Below, one piece after another: positions 50,746-62,373 of a DNA stretch of 64,000 bases; the first letter of the stretch is position 1; the number at the start of each line of letters is the position of its first letter. The DNA is from an uncultured cyanobacterium (lineage in GTDB: Bacteria > Cyanobacteriota > Cyanobacteriia > Cyanobacteriales > CAWCAG01). The position numbers and the translations under genes were made by a program. Under the pieces are notes generated by a model that was given only the letters and a program-made list of their open reading frames with translations, was not told the origin of the DNA and made no database searches. The stretch spans positions 288,001 through 352,000 of the forward strand of contig CAWDOD010000011.1 of NCBI GenBank assembly GCA_963803805.1, read 5' to 3'.

Positions 50746-51339
50746 ATGAATATAAGTTTTAGTGCCTCAGAAAATTTGCAGCTAGCTGTACCAGAAAAGT
50801 CTGTTTCTATTAAGCATTACCTGCGCCAACCCCAGCGTTTAGTTAGGGCAATCGCTAACCCTAGATTAATGACTCAGCTTGAAAAAGAGCGCTTTGAGCT
50901 AAGAATGAATCCCTTGAACTTCATGGAAATGTATCATTTTCAGCCTGTTGTTGTCCTAAAAGTTTGGTCAAGTTCAGGGGGGACAGTTTATTTAAGATCA
51001 GAGTCTTGTAAAATCGAAGGAAATAATTATATTAATGAGCGCTTTGCTCTTAATGTGACAGGCAAATTATCTCCTCAAGAGCAGAAAGGGAAAACTTGCT
51101 TAGTGGGGCGTGCTGATTTAGAAGTTCAAGTTGATTTGCCTCCTATGCTACAGTTCACACCAAATATGATTTTAGAAAAAGCTGGTAATGGCTTATTAAA
51201 GAGTGTTTTGTTGAGAATAAAACAAACTATTAAAAGTCAGTTGCTCCAAGATTATCAACAGTGGCTTAGTGATAATAGCTTTAGTAAAAATAGCTCTAAT
51301 TCTTCTAATTTATCTATTGTTAAACATTCTACGATTTAA
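50746..51339 (+). CDS. DUF1997-like protein
   Basis: HYLRQPQRLV, L.G.ADL.V.V.LPP, GNGLL..VL..IK. Confidence 0.8.
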   Translation: MNISFSASENLQLAVPEKSVSIKHYLRQPQRLVRAIANPRLMTQLEKERFELRMNPLNFMEMYHFQPVVVLKVWSSSGGTVYLRSESCKIEGNNYINERFALNVTGKLSPQEQKGKTCLVGRADLEVQVDLPPMLQFTPNMILEKAGNGLLKSVLLRIKQTIKSQLLQDYQQWLSDNSFSKNSSNSSNLSIVKHSTI

Positions 51340-51360
51340 CTTAATTAAGTAAGCTTTTTT

Positions 51361-52734
51361 CTAAGAAGCTACTGCAAATTGATGAGGATAATTTACTGCT
51401 AAAACAGGATTTAAAGAGCTTTGCTGTTGCAGGGGAATTTGTATAACAACTTGAGTTCCTTGCCCAGGCTGTGAATGGCAAGCCAGCTTACCACCATGTT
51501 TTTCTACAATAATAGAGTAGCTGATTGCCAAACCCATGCCAGTCCCTTTACCAATAGGTTTTGTTGTAAAAAAAGGATTAAATAACTTACTAATCAAATC
51601 TTGGTTGATTCCTACGCCATTATCAGAGATAGAAATTTCTAGCCAGTAAGAGTCAATTGCTTGGGTTTGTATCCTAATTTGCGGTTGCTCAAGAATACTG
51701 TCAATCAAACCAAACTTTTCTTCTATTGCATCAATAGCATTAGCCAGAATATTCATAAAAACTTGGTTCAATTGTCCCGGATAACACTCTACTAGTGGCA
51801 ATTTACCATAATCTTTAATTACTTCAATCTTGAAGCAGTTTTGCTGAGATTTAAGGCGACTTTTAAGAATCATTAAAGTATTGCTGATACCTTCATGAAT
51901 ATCCACATCTTTAATCTCTGCTTCATCCATATGAGAAAAATTCCTTAAGCTGAGGACAATTTCTCGAATACGCTCTGCCCCTACTTGCATTGACTTAATA
52001 GTTTTTGGTAAATCTTCAATAGCAAAATCCAAATCGAGTTCGAGCATTTTTTTGGCTAGTATTGGGCTAGGCTGATTATGTTCATCTTGATACAGCTTGA
52101 GAACTTCTAATAAACTTTGAGTATATTCTTGAGTGTGAACTAGATTACCAAAAATAAAATTCATTGGATTGTTGATTTCATGAGCAACCCCTGCAACCAA
52201 TTGCCCTAAGCTAGACATTTTTTCACTTTGTATTAAGTGAGTTTGCGCCCTTTTTAACTCTTGTAGGGTTTGATCCAATTCTGCGGTGCGTTCAGAAACT
52301 CTTTTTTCTAATACCTGGTTTTGTTCTTCGACTTTGTTGGTGAGGTGATGAACTTTAATATGAAGCTTAACCCGTGCTAGAACCTCTTCTTGTTCAAAAG
52401 GTTTAGTGATATAATCTACTGCTCCCGAATTAAGCCCTTTAACTTTATTATCAGTATCACAAAGAGCTGTCATGAAAACGATGGGAATATTCTGGGTAGC
52501 AGGATTGCTTTTGATCTGACGACAGGTTTCAAAGCCATCTATACCTGGCATCATTACGTCTAAAAGGATTAAATCTGGCAAAGCAAATTTTACTCTTTCG
52601 AGGGCAATATCCCCAGATTTTGCAATCCAAACTTCAAACCCTGCTATATCTAAAAAGTCTGAAAGCACTCCTAAGTTAGCCGGGTTATCATCAACAATCA
52701 AGATAATACCTTGATGCTGCGATCTAGTACTCAT
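51361..52734 (-). CDS. Receiver-histidine kinase hybrid (REC-HisKA-HATPase)
   Basis: LIVDD, LLDVMMP; AGVAHEINNP; NAIDA, DNG.G, G.GMGL. Confidence 0.93.
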   Translation of the reverse strand: MSTRSQHQGIILIVDDNPANLGVLSDFLDIAGFEVWIAKSGDIALERVKFALPDLILLDVMMPGIDGFETCRQIKSNPATQNIPIVFMTALCDTDNKVKGLNSGAVDYITKPFEQEEVLARVKLHIKVHHLTNKVEEQNQVLEKRVSERTAELDQTLQELKRAQTHLIQSEKMSSLGQLVAGVAHEINNPMNFIFGNLVHTQEYTQSLLEVLKLYQDEHNQPSPILAKKMLELDLDFAIEDLPKTIKSMQVGAERIREIVLSLRNFSHMDEAEIKDVDIHEGISNTLMILKSRLKSQQNCFKIEVIKDYGKLPLVECYPGQLNQVFMNILANAIDAIEEKFGLIDSILEQPQIRIQTQAIDSYWLEISISDNGVGINQDLISKLFNPFFTTKPIGKGTGMGLAISYSIIVEKHGGKLACHSQPGQGTQVVIQIPLQQQSSLNPVLAVNYPHQFAVAS

Positions 52735-52926
52735 TGCTCAACTCCTATAATATGTCTGGGGTACATAAATTAGTTATAGTTTTATTGATTAGTTGAATAT
52801 AATTTAGATAAATGTTAATAGATTAGCTTTCCCTTATCTCTATAGTTAACTAGGTATGTTTGATTTCTTGTATATTTTTGAGAATTGTTTGTTTAATTTT
52901 CTCTACACTGAACAACAAAGCTATCT

Positions 52927-55900
52927 CTAGGGAGTTTTATAAACTGTAATCATCTCTAAAATCGCTTCATCTTGAAAAGTCTTAGCAAGTTTCTGTAATT
53001 TCTCTGCAAAAGGAGCAAACTTATAATCAACTTGCACCAAAGTTTTTGTTTGTTGAACAATACCCTTCATGTTCCCCTTCATGGCTAAATCGTAGATAAT
53101 ATTTAGTTGTTCTAACTCAGGTATCACTAAATCCTGAACTTGCTCAATATCTTTCTGTTTGTGTTGTTGTTCCTGATAAAGCCATTGCAAAGCAAGATGC
53201 TTTTGTATCTTATGGAGTAACTCACTCGCCTGCACCGGCTTAGGCAGAAAATCATCTCCACCCGCTTCATAACTCTTATATTGATCCGACTCAAACACAC
53301 TTGCTGAAGAAGCAATAATCTTCACACCTTGAAGTTGTTGTTGTTGACGCAACTGTCTCATCAACTCAAACCCATCTAAATTAGGCATCAACAGGTCAGT
53401 AATAATTAACTCCGGTTTCAACAAGAGTGCTTTTTCTAACCCTTGTTGACCATCTATAGCCTCACTCACCTCAAAACCAATGGGTTGCAACAAGCTCTTA
53501 ATCACCGAACGATTCTCCCACTTATCATCCACCACCAATACCTTCACTTCCCCTGCCGATTCGATACCAATAATTTGCCCCTGAGAGTCTGCTTGAGAAG
53601 CTTGCACCCATTCTGAAGCCGAAGGTAAACTTACATCAAAGTGGAAGATACTTCCTACTCCTTGTTCACTCTTCACTTCTAGAGTTGAACCCATCATCTC
53701 TACTATTTTCTGTGAGATAGCTAATCCTAATCCTGTACCTTCTGTTTGTCGTTTTCCTTCTCCTACTTGTTCAAAGGGTAAGAAGATTTGTTCGAGGTGT
53801 TCAGGATTCATGCCGATACCTGTATCCCTTATTTCAAAGCGAATTTTATCTACTGAAGCAAAACTAACTTGGAAAGTTACCCTACCTTTATTGGTGAACT
53901 TAATGGCGTTGTTAAGTAAGTTTAGTAATACTTGACGTAGACGCTTTTCATCGATGTAAACCGCTACTGGGAGTTCTGGGGTTGATTGGTAAAGGAAGTC
54001 AATGCCTTTAATTTCAGCACGAATACGACACATTTCCGCCACCCCTTGTAAGAAAGCGAGGAAATGGAAGTCAGTGGGGTTGAGTTCCATTTTCTGAGCT
54101 TCAATTTTGGAGATGTCGAGGATGTCATTGATGAGAGTGAGTAGGTGGGAACCACAGTTGTAGATGATTTCGATGCGGGATTGGTCGTCAGAAGTTATGT
54201 GGGTGGAGCGTTGTAGTACTTGAGCATAACCCATGATGCCGTTGAGGGGGGTACGGAGTTCATGGCTCATGTTGGCGAGGAATTCGCTTTTGGCGTGGTT
54301 GGCGGCTTCTGCTTTTTCTTTGGCTTTTTGTAGGGCTATTTCTGTTCGCTTGAGGCTAGTTATGTCTGTGACAACACACAATACCTGATCCATTTCGCCA
54401 CTCTTTGACAGTAGGGGTTTTTTAATAGTTTTATAGTATGATGTTTCTCCAGTTTCATCAGTGAAAGCTTCTTCTACTTCGCTGATTTGTCCAGAACTAA
54501 TGACTTGCTGATCTGTAGATAAATAGCTTTCTGCTTCATTGGTATTCGGGTGAAAATCAGCATCAGTTTTACCAATGAGCTTCTCTACTGTAGTTTTGTA
54601 CATCTGTGCTAAAGGCTGATTAGCGAGGATATACTTACCTTGTTGATCCTTAACAGCGATGAAGTTAGGAGCTGTATCAATAACATTGCGTAAGAATTCT
54701 TTCTGTTGAATCAGAGCAGTTTCTATTCGCTTGATATGGCTAATATTTGTGGAGACACCCAATACCTGACGAGTTTTGCCATCACTAGATACAAAGGGCT
54801 TTTTGATGCTTTGATAATATAAGACTTCTCCATTACGCAAAGTGACTGTTTCTTCTAGTGAAACCGTTTCTCCTGAGAGCATCACTTGACGGTCAGATTG
54901 TTGATACTGCTCTATTTCAAAAGTTTGAGAATTAAAATCAAAATCCGTTTTACCAACTATTTCTTCAGTAGTAGTTTGATAAAGGTCTGCTAAAGCTTGA
55001 TTGGCAAGAATGTATTTACCTTGCCAATCCTTGACAAAAATAACATTGGGGTCTGTATCAATAATCTTGCGTAAAAATTCCTTTTGCTCTTTCAGGGCAG
55101 CTTTTGAGCGCAGCAACTCTTCTTCTACTGTCTTGCGTTCTGTAATATCACGGGTAATAGTTCCCCAAGCTATACCTTCTCCTGTATCTGAATCTTTGAG
55201 AGCAAAGATGCTGTAATCCACAGGAATTGCTTTACCCGTTTGTAAATTCCGCAAGCGTAACTCTCCTCGCCAGTAACCTTTTTCCTGTGCTGTCGGTAAA
55301 ACTTCTTGAGTCACTTGCTCAATATCTTCAGGCCAGAAAAGGTCTAAGATGTGTTTAGAGCGAGCTTCTGCTAGGCTTTTAAAGCCTAGCATTTCTAAAC
55401 CGGCAGAATTAACAAATATTGGTTTTCCTTCTTGATCAGTAAAACCTGCCAGGTCAGAAGTATTCTCAATAACAGAGGCTAATTTCTGAAGCTCTTGTTC
55501 TGCTAGTTTGCGTTCAGTGATGTCGCTAGTCGTCCCCGTGGCCCCAATAATCTTACCTTGGGCATTTCGCAAGGGTACAGCATTTAATAAAGAATAAGCC
55601 TTACGACCATCCGTTGTTAGGTGACTAATTTCATGTTGAGTATAGGTTTTTCCCTGCAAAATATTAGCAAAAATTTCTTGATGTTCTTCTTTTTTGTCTG
55701 GAGGAATAAAATCTCTAAAAGAACGACCAATTAATTCTTGCGGTTTGCAGCCAAATGCCTTTTCGGCAACTTTATTTGAGAAAGTGTAGCGTCCTTCACG
55801 ATCTAAAGTCCAAATCTGATCTTGAGATGTTTCTACTACAGTACGATAATTTTGTTCATGCAGTTGTTGTTTTACTCTAATCCTGGCTAGCCAATAACAA

Positions 55901-56934
55901 ACAATTGCAATTATTACTACGACAACTCCATAAAATGTCACTAACCAGACAGAAGTTAGACCAGAACTGTAGTTTAGAACTTCAGGAGGTATATAAGTAA
56001 CAATCTTCCAACTATAGTCAGTTTCTCCTGAGCTAGTTTTGATTTGCTGATTTTTTTGCCAAGGGTTAACTGTAGCGAAAGTAAATAATCCTTCTTTAGT
56101 GTGAAGCTGTCCCTTTTGTTGAGTAGCTATTTTCCCCCAAGCTTGAGGGAAAGTTTTCTCAAAAGTACGTCCTTGATGAGAAGGGTACATAAAACCCCAT
56201 TCGTCTTCCGCTTTTAATCCTTTGAGCCAATAACCTTGATTATTAATTAAGAGTACTTTACCTAAAGAAGTATGATTTTTGACTTCTAAATTATCAAGAA
56301 ATTGTTGACCTGAATAGTTAAGGATCAGTAAACCTTGTTTGCGACCAGAATTATCAAATATAGGGGCAGCGAAGCGGATTACAGGCTTAATAGGTTTCTC
56401 AATTTCTCCCCATTCAATACTCAAATCAAGCTGAGAAATATAAATCTCTCCTGGCTTTAATTTAATGCTTTCTTGAAACCAATAACGCTCGGCTTTGTTT
56501 TGTAATTCATCTGGAGGTACGACCTCTAGTTGCAGTTGATTATGGTTGATTCTGATTATTTCTTGACCTGCGGTATCTAAAAAGCGAATTTGGTCATATA
56601 GTTCTTTATGCCGAGCAAAAGATAGATAAATTTTAATTAAGCTATTTGCTTGATTAGGATTAAGCGGCGATATAGACTGCAATTCATTTTGCTCTGCCAA
56701 AAACTTCAAGTCTGAGATAATCGCTTTAAAATCACTAGCAGCAATTTTCTCCTGTTGTCCTACACTACGAATTTCATTAAGTTCTATTTTTTGTTGTTGA
56801 AGTTTATGATTTCCTTGATAAATCAGACCAATAAATCCGCCGATTAAGAGAATTATGGGGACAAGAAGGGAAAGAAAATATTTCAGAGTCGCTATGTTGC
56901 TAACTTTATTTACCTGAAGAGAAGGATAGGACAT
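52927..56934 (-). CDS. Hybrid sensor histidine kinase (TM-Cache-TM, 4 PAS, HisKA, HATPase, REC)
   Basis: Four PAS/PAC units ending (D/N)I(T/S); [28 protein letters not shown]. Confidence 0.93.
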   Translation of the reverse strand: MSYPSLQVNKVSNIATLKYFLSLLVPIILLIGGFIGLIYQGNHKLQQQKIELNEIRSVGQQEKIAASDFKAIISDLKFLAEQNELQSISPLNPNQANSLIKIYLSFARHKELYDQIRFLDTAGQEIIRINHNQLQLEVVPPDELQNKAERYWFQESIKLKPGEIYISQLDLSIEWGEIEKPIKPVIRFAAPIFDNSGRKQGLLILNYSGQQFLDNLEVKNHTSLGKVLLINNQGYWLKGLKAEDEWGFMYPSHQGRTFEKTFPQAWGKIATQQKGQLHTKEGLFTFATVNPWQKNQQIKTSSGETDYSWKIVTYIPPEVLNYSSGLTSVWLVTFYGVVVVIIAIVCYWLARIRVKQQLHEQNYRTVVETSQDQIWTLDREGRYTFSNKVAEKAFGCKPQELIGRSFRDFIPPDKKEEHQEIFANILQGKTYTQHEISHLTTDGRKAYSLLNAVPLRNAQGKIIGATGTTSDITERKLAEQELQKLASVIENTSDLAGFTDQEGKPIFVNSAGLEMLGFKSLAEARSKHILDLFWPEDIEQVTQEVLPTAQEKGYWRGELRLRNLQTGKAIPVDYSIFALKDSDTGEGIAWGTITRDITERKTVEEELLRSKAALKEQKEFLRKIIDTDPNVIFVKDWQGKYILANQALADLYQTTTEEIVGKTDFDFNSQTFEIEQYQQSDRQVMLSGETVSLEETVTLRNGEVLYYQSIKKPFVSSDGKTRQVLGVSTNISHIKRIETALIQQKEFLRNVIDTAPNFIAVKDQQGKYILANQPLAQMYKTTVEKLIGKTDADFHPNTNEAESYLSTDQQVISSGQISEVEEAFTDETGETSYYKTIKKPLLSKSGEMDQVLCVVTDITSLKRTEIALQKAKEKAEAANHAKSEFLANMSHELRTPLNGIMGYAQVLQRSTHITSDDQSRIEIIYNCGSHLLTLINDILDISKIEAQKMELNPTDFHFLAFLQGVAEMCRIRAEIKGIDFLYQSTPELPVAVYIDEKRLRQVLLNLLNNAIKFTNKGRVTFQVSFASVDKIRFEIRDTGIGMNPEHLEQIFLPFEQVGEGKRQTEGTGLGLAISQKIVEMMGSTLEVKSEQGVGSIFHFDVSLPSASEWVQASQADSQGQIIGIESAGEVKVLVVDDKWENRSVIKSLLQPIGFEVSEAIDGQQGLEKALLLKPELIITDLLMPNLDGFELMRQLRQQQQLQGVKIIASSASVFESDQYKSYEAGGDDFLPKPVQASELLHKIQKHLALQWLYQEQQHKQKDIEQVQDLVIPELEQLNIIYDLAMKGNMKGIVQQTKTLVQVDYKFAPFAEKLQKLAKTFQDEAILEMITVYKTP
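52960..54369. repeat. Direct repeat copy 1 (~1.41 kb kinase-receiver block)
   Basis: Matches 57123-58532 (offset 4163); one mismatch noticed (53446 T vs 57609 C). Confidence 0.9.
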
Positions 56935-57092
56935 GAGCCAACAAAACTATAGCGTGATGTATATACTGATTCTTCTACTATATTCAAATATAAATGTTTA
57001 CGCTTATGTATATTTTCGTGTTCTTTTTGCGAAGAAAGAGTTAATTAATCCGTAGAAACCAACGTGGTTTTATACTCGAAGAAAATAAAATA

Positions 57093-60000
57093 TTAACTTC
57101 TATATTGGAAAAGAAAACTAACAATCGCTTCATCTTGAAAAGTCTTAGCAAGTTTCTGTAATTTCTCTGCAAAAGGAGCAAACTTATAATCAACTTGCAC
57201 CAAAGTTTTTGTTTGTTGAACAATACCCTTCATGTTCCCCTTCATGGCTAAATCGTAGATAATATTTAGTTGTTCTAACTCAGGTATCACTAAATCCTGA
57301 ACTTGCTCAATATCTTTCTGTTTGTGTTGTTGTTCCTGATAAAGCCATTGCAAAGCAAGATGCTTTTGTATCTTATGGAGTAACTCACTCGCCTGCACCG
57401 GCTTAGGCAGAAAATCATCTCCACCCGCTTCATAACTCTTATATTGATCCGACTCAAACACACTTGCTGAAGAAGCAATAATCTTCACACCTTGAAGTTG
57501 TTGTTGTTGACGCAACTGTCTCATCAACTCAAACCCATCTAAATTAGGCATCAACAGGTCAGTAATAATTAACTCCGGTTTCAACAAGAGTGCTTTTTCT
57601 AACCCTTGCTGACCATCTATAGCCTCACTCACCTCAAAACCAATGGGTTGCAACAAGCTCTTAATCACCGAACGATTCTCCCACTTATCATCCACCACCA
57701 ATACCTTCACTTCCCCTGCCGATTCGATACCAATAATTTGCCCCTGAGAGTCTGCTTGAGAAGCTTGCACCCATTCTGAAGCCGAAGGTAAACTTACATC
57801 AAAGTGGAAGATACTTCCTACTCCTTGTTCACTCTTCACTTCTAGAGTTGAACCCATCATCTCTACTATTTTCTGTGAGATAGCTAATCCTAATCCTGTA
57901 CCTTCTGTTTGTCGTTTTCCTTCTCCTACTTGTTCAAAGGGTAAGAAGATTTGTTCGAGGTGTTCAGGATTCATGCCGATACCTGTATCCCTTATTTCAA
58001 AGCGAATTTTATCTACTGAAGCAAAACTAACTTGGAAAGTTACCCTACCTTTATTGGTGAACTTAATGGCGTTGTTAAGTAAGTTTAGTAATACTTGACG
58101 TAGACGCTTTTCATCGATGTAAACCGCTACTGGGAGTTCTGGGGTTGATTGGTAAAGGAAGTCAATGCCTTTAATTTCAGCACGAATACGACACATTTCC
58201 GCCACCCCTTGTAAGAAAGCGAGGAAATGGAAGTCAGTGGGGTTGAGTTCCATTTTCTGAGCTTCAATTTTGGAGATGTCGAGGATGTCATTGATGAGAG
58301 TGAGTAGGTGGGAACCACAGTTGTAGATGATTTCGATGCGGGATTGGTCGTCAGAAGTTATGTGGGTGGAGCGTTGTAGTACTTGAGCATAACCCATGAT
58401 GCCGTTGAGGGGGGTACGGAGTTCATGGCTCATGTTGGCGAGGAATTCGCTTTTGGCGTGGTTGGCGGCTTCTGCTTTTTCTTTGGCTTTTTGTAGGGCT
58501 ATTTCTGTTCGCTTGAGGCTAGTTATGTCTGTAGCAACACACAATACCTGATAAGTTTTGTCATCCCCAGATAGCAAAGGCTTTTTGGTACTCTGATAAT
58601 ATAAGACTTCTCCATTAGGCAAAGTTACTGTTTCTTCTAATATGAGTGTTTCTCTTGAGAGAATCACTTTGCGGTCGGCTTCTTGATACTTTTCTACTTC
58701 AGCTAAGTTAGAATTATAAGCTAGTTCAGTTTTGCCAATTAAGTCCTCAACAGTAGTTTGGTATATATCTGCTAGAGCTTGGTTAGCTAATGTAAATTTG
58801 CCCTCTTTGTCTTTGACAAAAATGACATTGGGGTCAGTATCAATAACGCTGCGTAAAAACTTCTTTTGCTCTCTCAATGCAGTTTCTACTTTTTTAATAG
58901 GAGTAATGTTGGTGGAGACACCTAATACCTGGCGAGTTCCACCGTTACGGGAAATCAAAGGTTTCTTGATAGTTTGTAAATAAATTAACTCTCCAGTAAC
59001 CTTGGTAAGAGTTTCTTCAAAAAGTTGCGATTCTCCAGAGGTCATTACCTGGCAATCTGCCCATAAGTAACTTTCTACTTCCAGGGTATTGGGGTTAAAA
59101 TCAGCATCACTTTTACCAACCATTTCTTCAGTAGTAGTTTGATAAAGTTCTGCTAAAGTTTGATTGGCAAGAATGTATTTACCTTCCCAATCCTTAACAA
59201 AAATAAGATTGGGGTCTGTATCAATAATCTTACTTAAAAACTCCTTTTGCTCCCTTAAAGCAGCTTCTGAATGTCGCAAGGCTTCCTCTGCTTGCTTACG
59301 TTCAGTTATATCTTCAGAAAAACAGAGCAAGTATTCTGGTTCACCATTTTCGTCATAGGTAGGTATCTTAACTGTATGAAGAATCCTTTCACCTAATCTG
59401 CGACTATGGGTAATTTCTTCGGGAATATCTATAATTTTGCGGTTCTTAAAAGCTTCTTTGTCAGTTTGAAAAAAGAAGTCAGCTTTTTCTTGAGAAAAAA
59501 GCTCATGGGCAGTTTTTCCTAGTACTTCCTCTGCTGCTAAATCAAAAAGTAATTCGCTGGTTTTATTCCAAAGTTTAATTTGAGAAAATTTCTCTTGATG
59601 TCCATCTTTGACAAATACAGCTACTGGTAAGTAATCAATCATTGCTTGGAGAAAATTACGAGCTTGACGCAACTCTTCTTCTGCTTTTTTGCGCTCTGTA
59701 ATATCGCGGGTAATGCTTCCCCAAGCTATAGCTTCTCCTGTATCTGAATCTTTAAGAGCAAAGATGCTGTAATCTACAGGAATTACTTCCCCTGTTTGGA
59801 AATGTCGGAAGCGCAACTCTCCTCGCCAGCAACCTTTTTCCTGTGCAGTCGGTAAAATCTCTTGAGTTACTCGGTCTACATCTTCAGGCCAAACATAGTC
59901 TAAGATGTGATTAGAGCGAGCTTCTGCTAAGCTATTTAAGCCAACCATTTTTAAAGCCGCAGGATTAGCAAATAAAGCTTTTCCTTCTTGATCAGCGATT

Positions 60001-61538
60001 CCTACAAAATCAGAAGTATTTTCTACAATAGAGGCCAATCTCCGAAGCTCTTGTTCTGCTAGTTTGCTTTCGGTGATGTCGTTGGTTGTACCTGTAACTC
60101 CGATAATCTTGCCCTGAGCATCTCGAATTGGTGCAGCGTTGATTAATAGATAAATCCTATTACCATCTGCCGTTAAACTGCTAATTTCATATTGACTATA
60201 AGATTTTCCTTGCAAAACATTAGCAAAAACTTCTTGATATTCTGCTTGTTTTTCTTTTGGGGTAAAATCTTTAAAAGAGCGACCAATTAATGTTTGGGGT
60301 TTACAGCCTAGGGCTTTTTCAGCAGCTTGATTTACGAAGGTATAGCGCCCTTGGGTATCAAAAGACCAAATCAAGTTTTGGGATGTTTCTACCACATTGC
60401 GATAATTTCGTTCGCTTTCTTGGAGTTGTTTTTCTACTAGCTTCTCTTTAACTTTAGTTTTAGCTAACCAAGCACAACCTATAGCTATTAAAACTACTGC
60501 TCCTCCATAAAATCCTACTAGCCAAACCAAGATTATCGTTGATTTCTGATTAAGGACTTCCGGAGGAACATAGGTGACAATCTTCCAGCTATGATCAGTT
60601 TCGGGTGAACTAATATTAATTCTCTGTTTTTGCTGCTGGGGTTGAATAGTGGTGACAGTAAATAATCCTTCTTTTGTTTGGAACTGTCCTTCTTTTACCC
60701 CAGCTATTTGCGCCCAAGCTTGAGGGAAAGTTTTCTCAAAAGTAAGCCTTTGACGCTCAGGATAAATAAAACCCCATTCATCTTCTGCTTTTAATCCTTT
60801 GAGCCAATAACCTTGATTATTGATTAAGAGTACTTTACCTAAAGAAGTATGGTTTTTAACTGCTAAATCATCAATAATTCTTTGCCCTGAATAGTTAAGA
60901 ATAACTAAACCTTGTTTACGCCCAGAATCATCAAACACAGGGGTAGCGAAGCGAACTACAGGCTTGATAGGTTGCTCGACTTGCCCCCATTCCATATTCA
61001 AATCAAGTTTAGATACATAAATCTCTCTTGGCTTGAATTCTTTGCTTTCTTGAAACCAATAGCTTCCTATTTTATTTTGCAGTTGTTTTTGAGGTACTCT
61101 AACTGCTTTACCTCTTTTTTGATTATATTCAACTCTAAAAACTTCTTGACCTGTATTATCAAGAAGACGAACTTGGTGATAATTTTTTTTAGCTTCAGCA
61201 AAAGAAATATACTCTTGAGCAAATGCAACAGAAATTTTTTCTATTTCTTGCGGTGAGAGATTATCTCTGTCTAAAATTAAACTTAATTCTTCATGGTCTA
61301 CTAAATGTAATAAATCTGAGGTAATGACTTCAAAATTACCAGCAGCGATTTTTTCTTGCTGCTCCACATTACGTAATTCATTAAGCTCAATTTCTTTTCT
61401 GTCTAATTTAACTTCTCCTTGGTAAAATAAAATTAAGAAACCTCCAACGATCAAAGTTAGAGGTACAAACAGAAGTAAAAAATATCTTAGTACGGCTATT
61501 TTGCTGATTTTAAGTACTTGGGAAGAAGGTTGAAACAT
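57093..61538 (-). CDS. Hybrid sensor histidine kinase (TM-Cache-TM, 5 PAS, HisKA, HATPase, REC)
   Basis: Paralogue of 52927-56934 with one extra PAS unit. Confidence 0.93.
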   Translation of the reverse strand: MFQPSSQVLKISKIAVLRYFLLLFVPLTLIVGGFLILFYQGEVKLDRKEIELNELRNVEQQEKIAAGNFEVITSDLLHLVDHEELSLILDRDNLSPQEIEKISVAFAQEYISFAEAKKNYHQVRLLDNTGQEVFRVEYNQKRGKAVRVPQKQLQNKIGSYWFQESKEFKPREIYVSKLDLNMEWGQVEQPIKPVVRFATPVFDDSGRKQGLVILNYSGQRIIDDLAVKNHTSLGKVLLINNQGYWLKGLKAEDEWGFIYPERQRLTFEKTFPQAWAQIAGVKEGQFQTKEGLFTVTTIQPQQQKQRINISSPETDHSWKIVTYVPPEVLNQKSTIILVWLVGFYGGAVVLIAIGCAWLAKTKVKEKLVEKQLQESERNYRNVVETSQNLIWSFDTQGRYTFVNQAAEKALGCKPQTLIGRSFKDFTPKEKQAEYQEVFANVLQGKSYSQYEISSLTADGNRIYLLINAAPIRDAQGKIIGVTGTTNDITESKLAEQELRRLASIVENTSDFVGIADQEGKALFANPAALKMVGLNSLAEARSNHILDYVWPEDVDRVTQEILPTAQEKGCWRGELRFRHFQTGEVIPVDYSIFALKDSDTGEAIAWGSITRDITERKKAEEELRQARNFLQAMIDYLPVAVFVKDGHQEKFSQIKLWNKTSELLFDLAAEEVLGKTAHELFSQEKADFFFQTDKEAFKNRKIIDIPEEITHSRRLGERILHTVKIPTYDENGEPEYLLCFSEDITERKQAEEALRHSEAALREQKEFLSKIIDTDPNLIFVKDWEGKYILANQTLAELYQTTTEEMVGKSDADFNPNTLEVESYLWADCQVMTSGESQLFEETLTKVTGELIYLQTIKKPLISRNGGTRQVLGVSTNITPIKKVETALREQKKFLRSVIDTDPNVIFVKDKEGKFTLANQALADIYQTTVEDLIGKTELAYNSNLAEVEKYQEADRKVILSRETLILEETVTLPNGEVLYYQSTKKPLLSGDDKTYQVLCVATDITSLKRTEIALQKAKEKAEAANHAKSEFLANMSHELRTPLNGIMGYAQVLQRSTHITSDDQSRIEIIYNCGSHLLTLINDILDISKIEAQKMELNPTDFHFLAFLQGVAEMCRIRAEIKGIDFLYQSTPELPVAVYIDEKRLRQVLLNLLNNAIKFTNKGRVTFQVSFASVDKIRFEIRDTGIGMNPEHLEQIFLPFEQVGEGKRQTEGTGLGLAISQKIVEMMGSTLEVKSEQGVGSIFHFDVSLPSASEWVQASQADSQGQIIGIESAGEVKVLVVDDKWENRSVIKSLLQPIGFEVSEAIDGQQGLEKALLLKPELIITDLLMPNLDGFELMRQLRQQQQLQGVKIIASSASVFESDQYKSYEAGGDDFLPKPVQASELLHKIQKHLALQWLYQEQQHKQKDIEQVQDLVIPELEQLNIIYDLAMKGNMKGIVQQTKTLVQVDYKFAPFAEKLQKLAKTFQDEAIVSFLFQYRS
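57123..58532. repeat. Direct repeat copy 2 (~1.41 kb)
   Basis: See copy 1. Confidence 0.9.
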
Positions 61539-61759
61539 GAAGCAGCTAACTGAGAAAGTCGATTACTACTTTCATCATAGTTACTTACAAATATTTGCGT
61601 TTATGTATATTTTAGTGTTTGTTTTGAAAGAATAGGACTTATAGGAACTGAGGAAAGCAAAGCACAATTTTAATTCAAAAAAGAAAAGAAAAATATACTT
61701 TTTTGTTGGAAACCTACCCTTATGAAATTCTCTAATTCCCTTAGTTGTTTTTTTAATTT

Positions 61760-62358
61760 TTAATTTTTAGTTTTTAATTTCCCTTGACAAGGACGGAAAG
61801 ATTGTCTGTGTTCAACAGAAGCACCGTATTTTTGTAAGGCTAAGCGATGCTGCTTTGTGGGATAGCCTTTATGGGTTTCTAAGCCATATTCTGCATATTG
61901 TGGAGCAAGGTTTGTAATTAGGCGATCGCGCCATACCTTAGCCAAAATACTCGCTGCAGCAATAGCGATGGAATGGCGATCGCCTTTAATTATGGTTTTC
62001 TGAGGTAGTTCTAACCCAGGAATTTTATATCTGCCATCAATTAAGCAGAGTTCTGGGGTTATTGTAAGTTGATTTACCGCCCTTTTCATGGCTAGTAAGG
62101 AGGCTTGTAGGATATTGATACTGTCAATTTCTTGAGCTGTAGCAGAGCCGATTTGATAATCTAGAGCTAATTTTTGAATTTTAATAACTAACTCAGAACG
62201 TCTTTTCGCCGATAGCTGCTTGCTATCTTTCACTCCTAATGCTGCCAATTCTACCAGAATAGAAGGAGAAGTGACCACAACTGCGGCCACTACAGGGCCA
62301 AATAAGGCCCTCTTCCCACTTCGTCTACCCCAGCGACTAATTGATGATTATTAGTCAT
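61760..62358 (-). CDS. rnhB: Ribonuclease HII, frameshifted at 62308-62310
   Basis: ATG 62358 gives MTNNHQLVAGVDEVGRG; one extra G restores ALFGPVVAA and joins DSK.L, IDG, IAAASILAKV.RD, HKGY. Confidence 0.9.
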
Positions 62359-62373
62359 TAATCAAGATGATAA

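Noticed and set aside
53127-58318. Duplicated small ORFs (62 aa and 63 aa, each twice)
   Set aside because: Alternate-frame by-products of the kinase repeat
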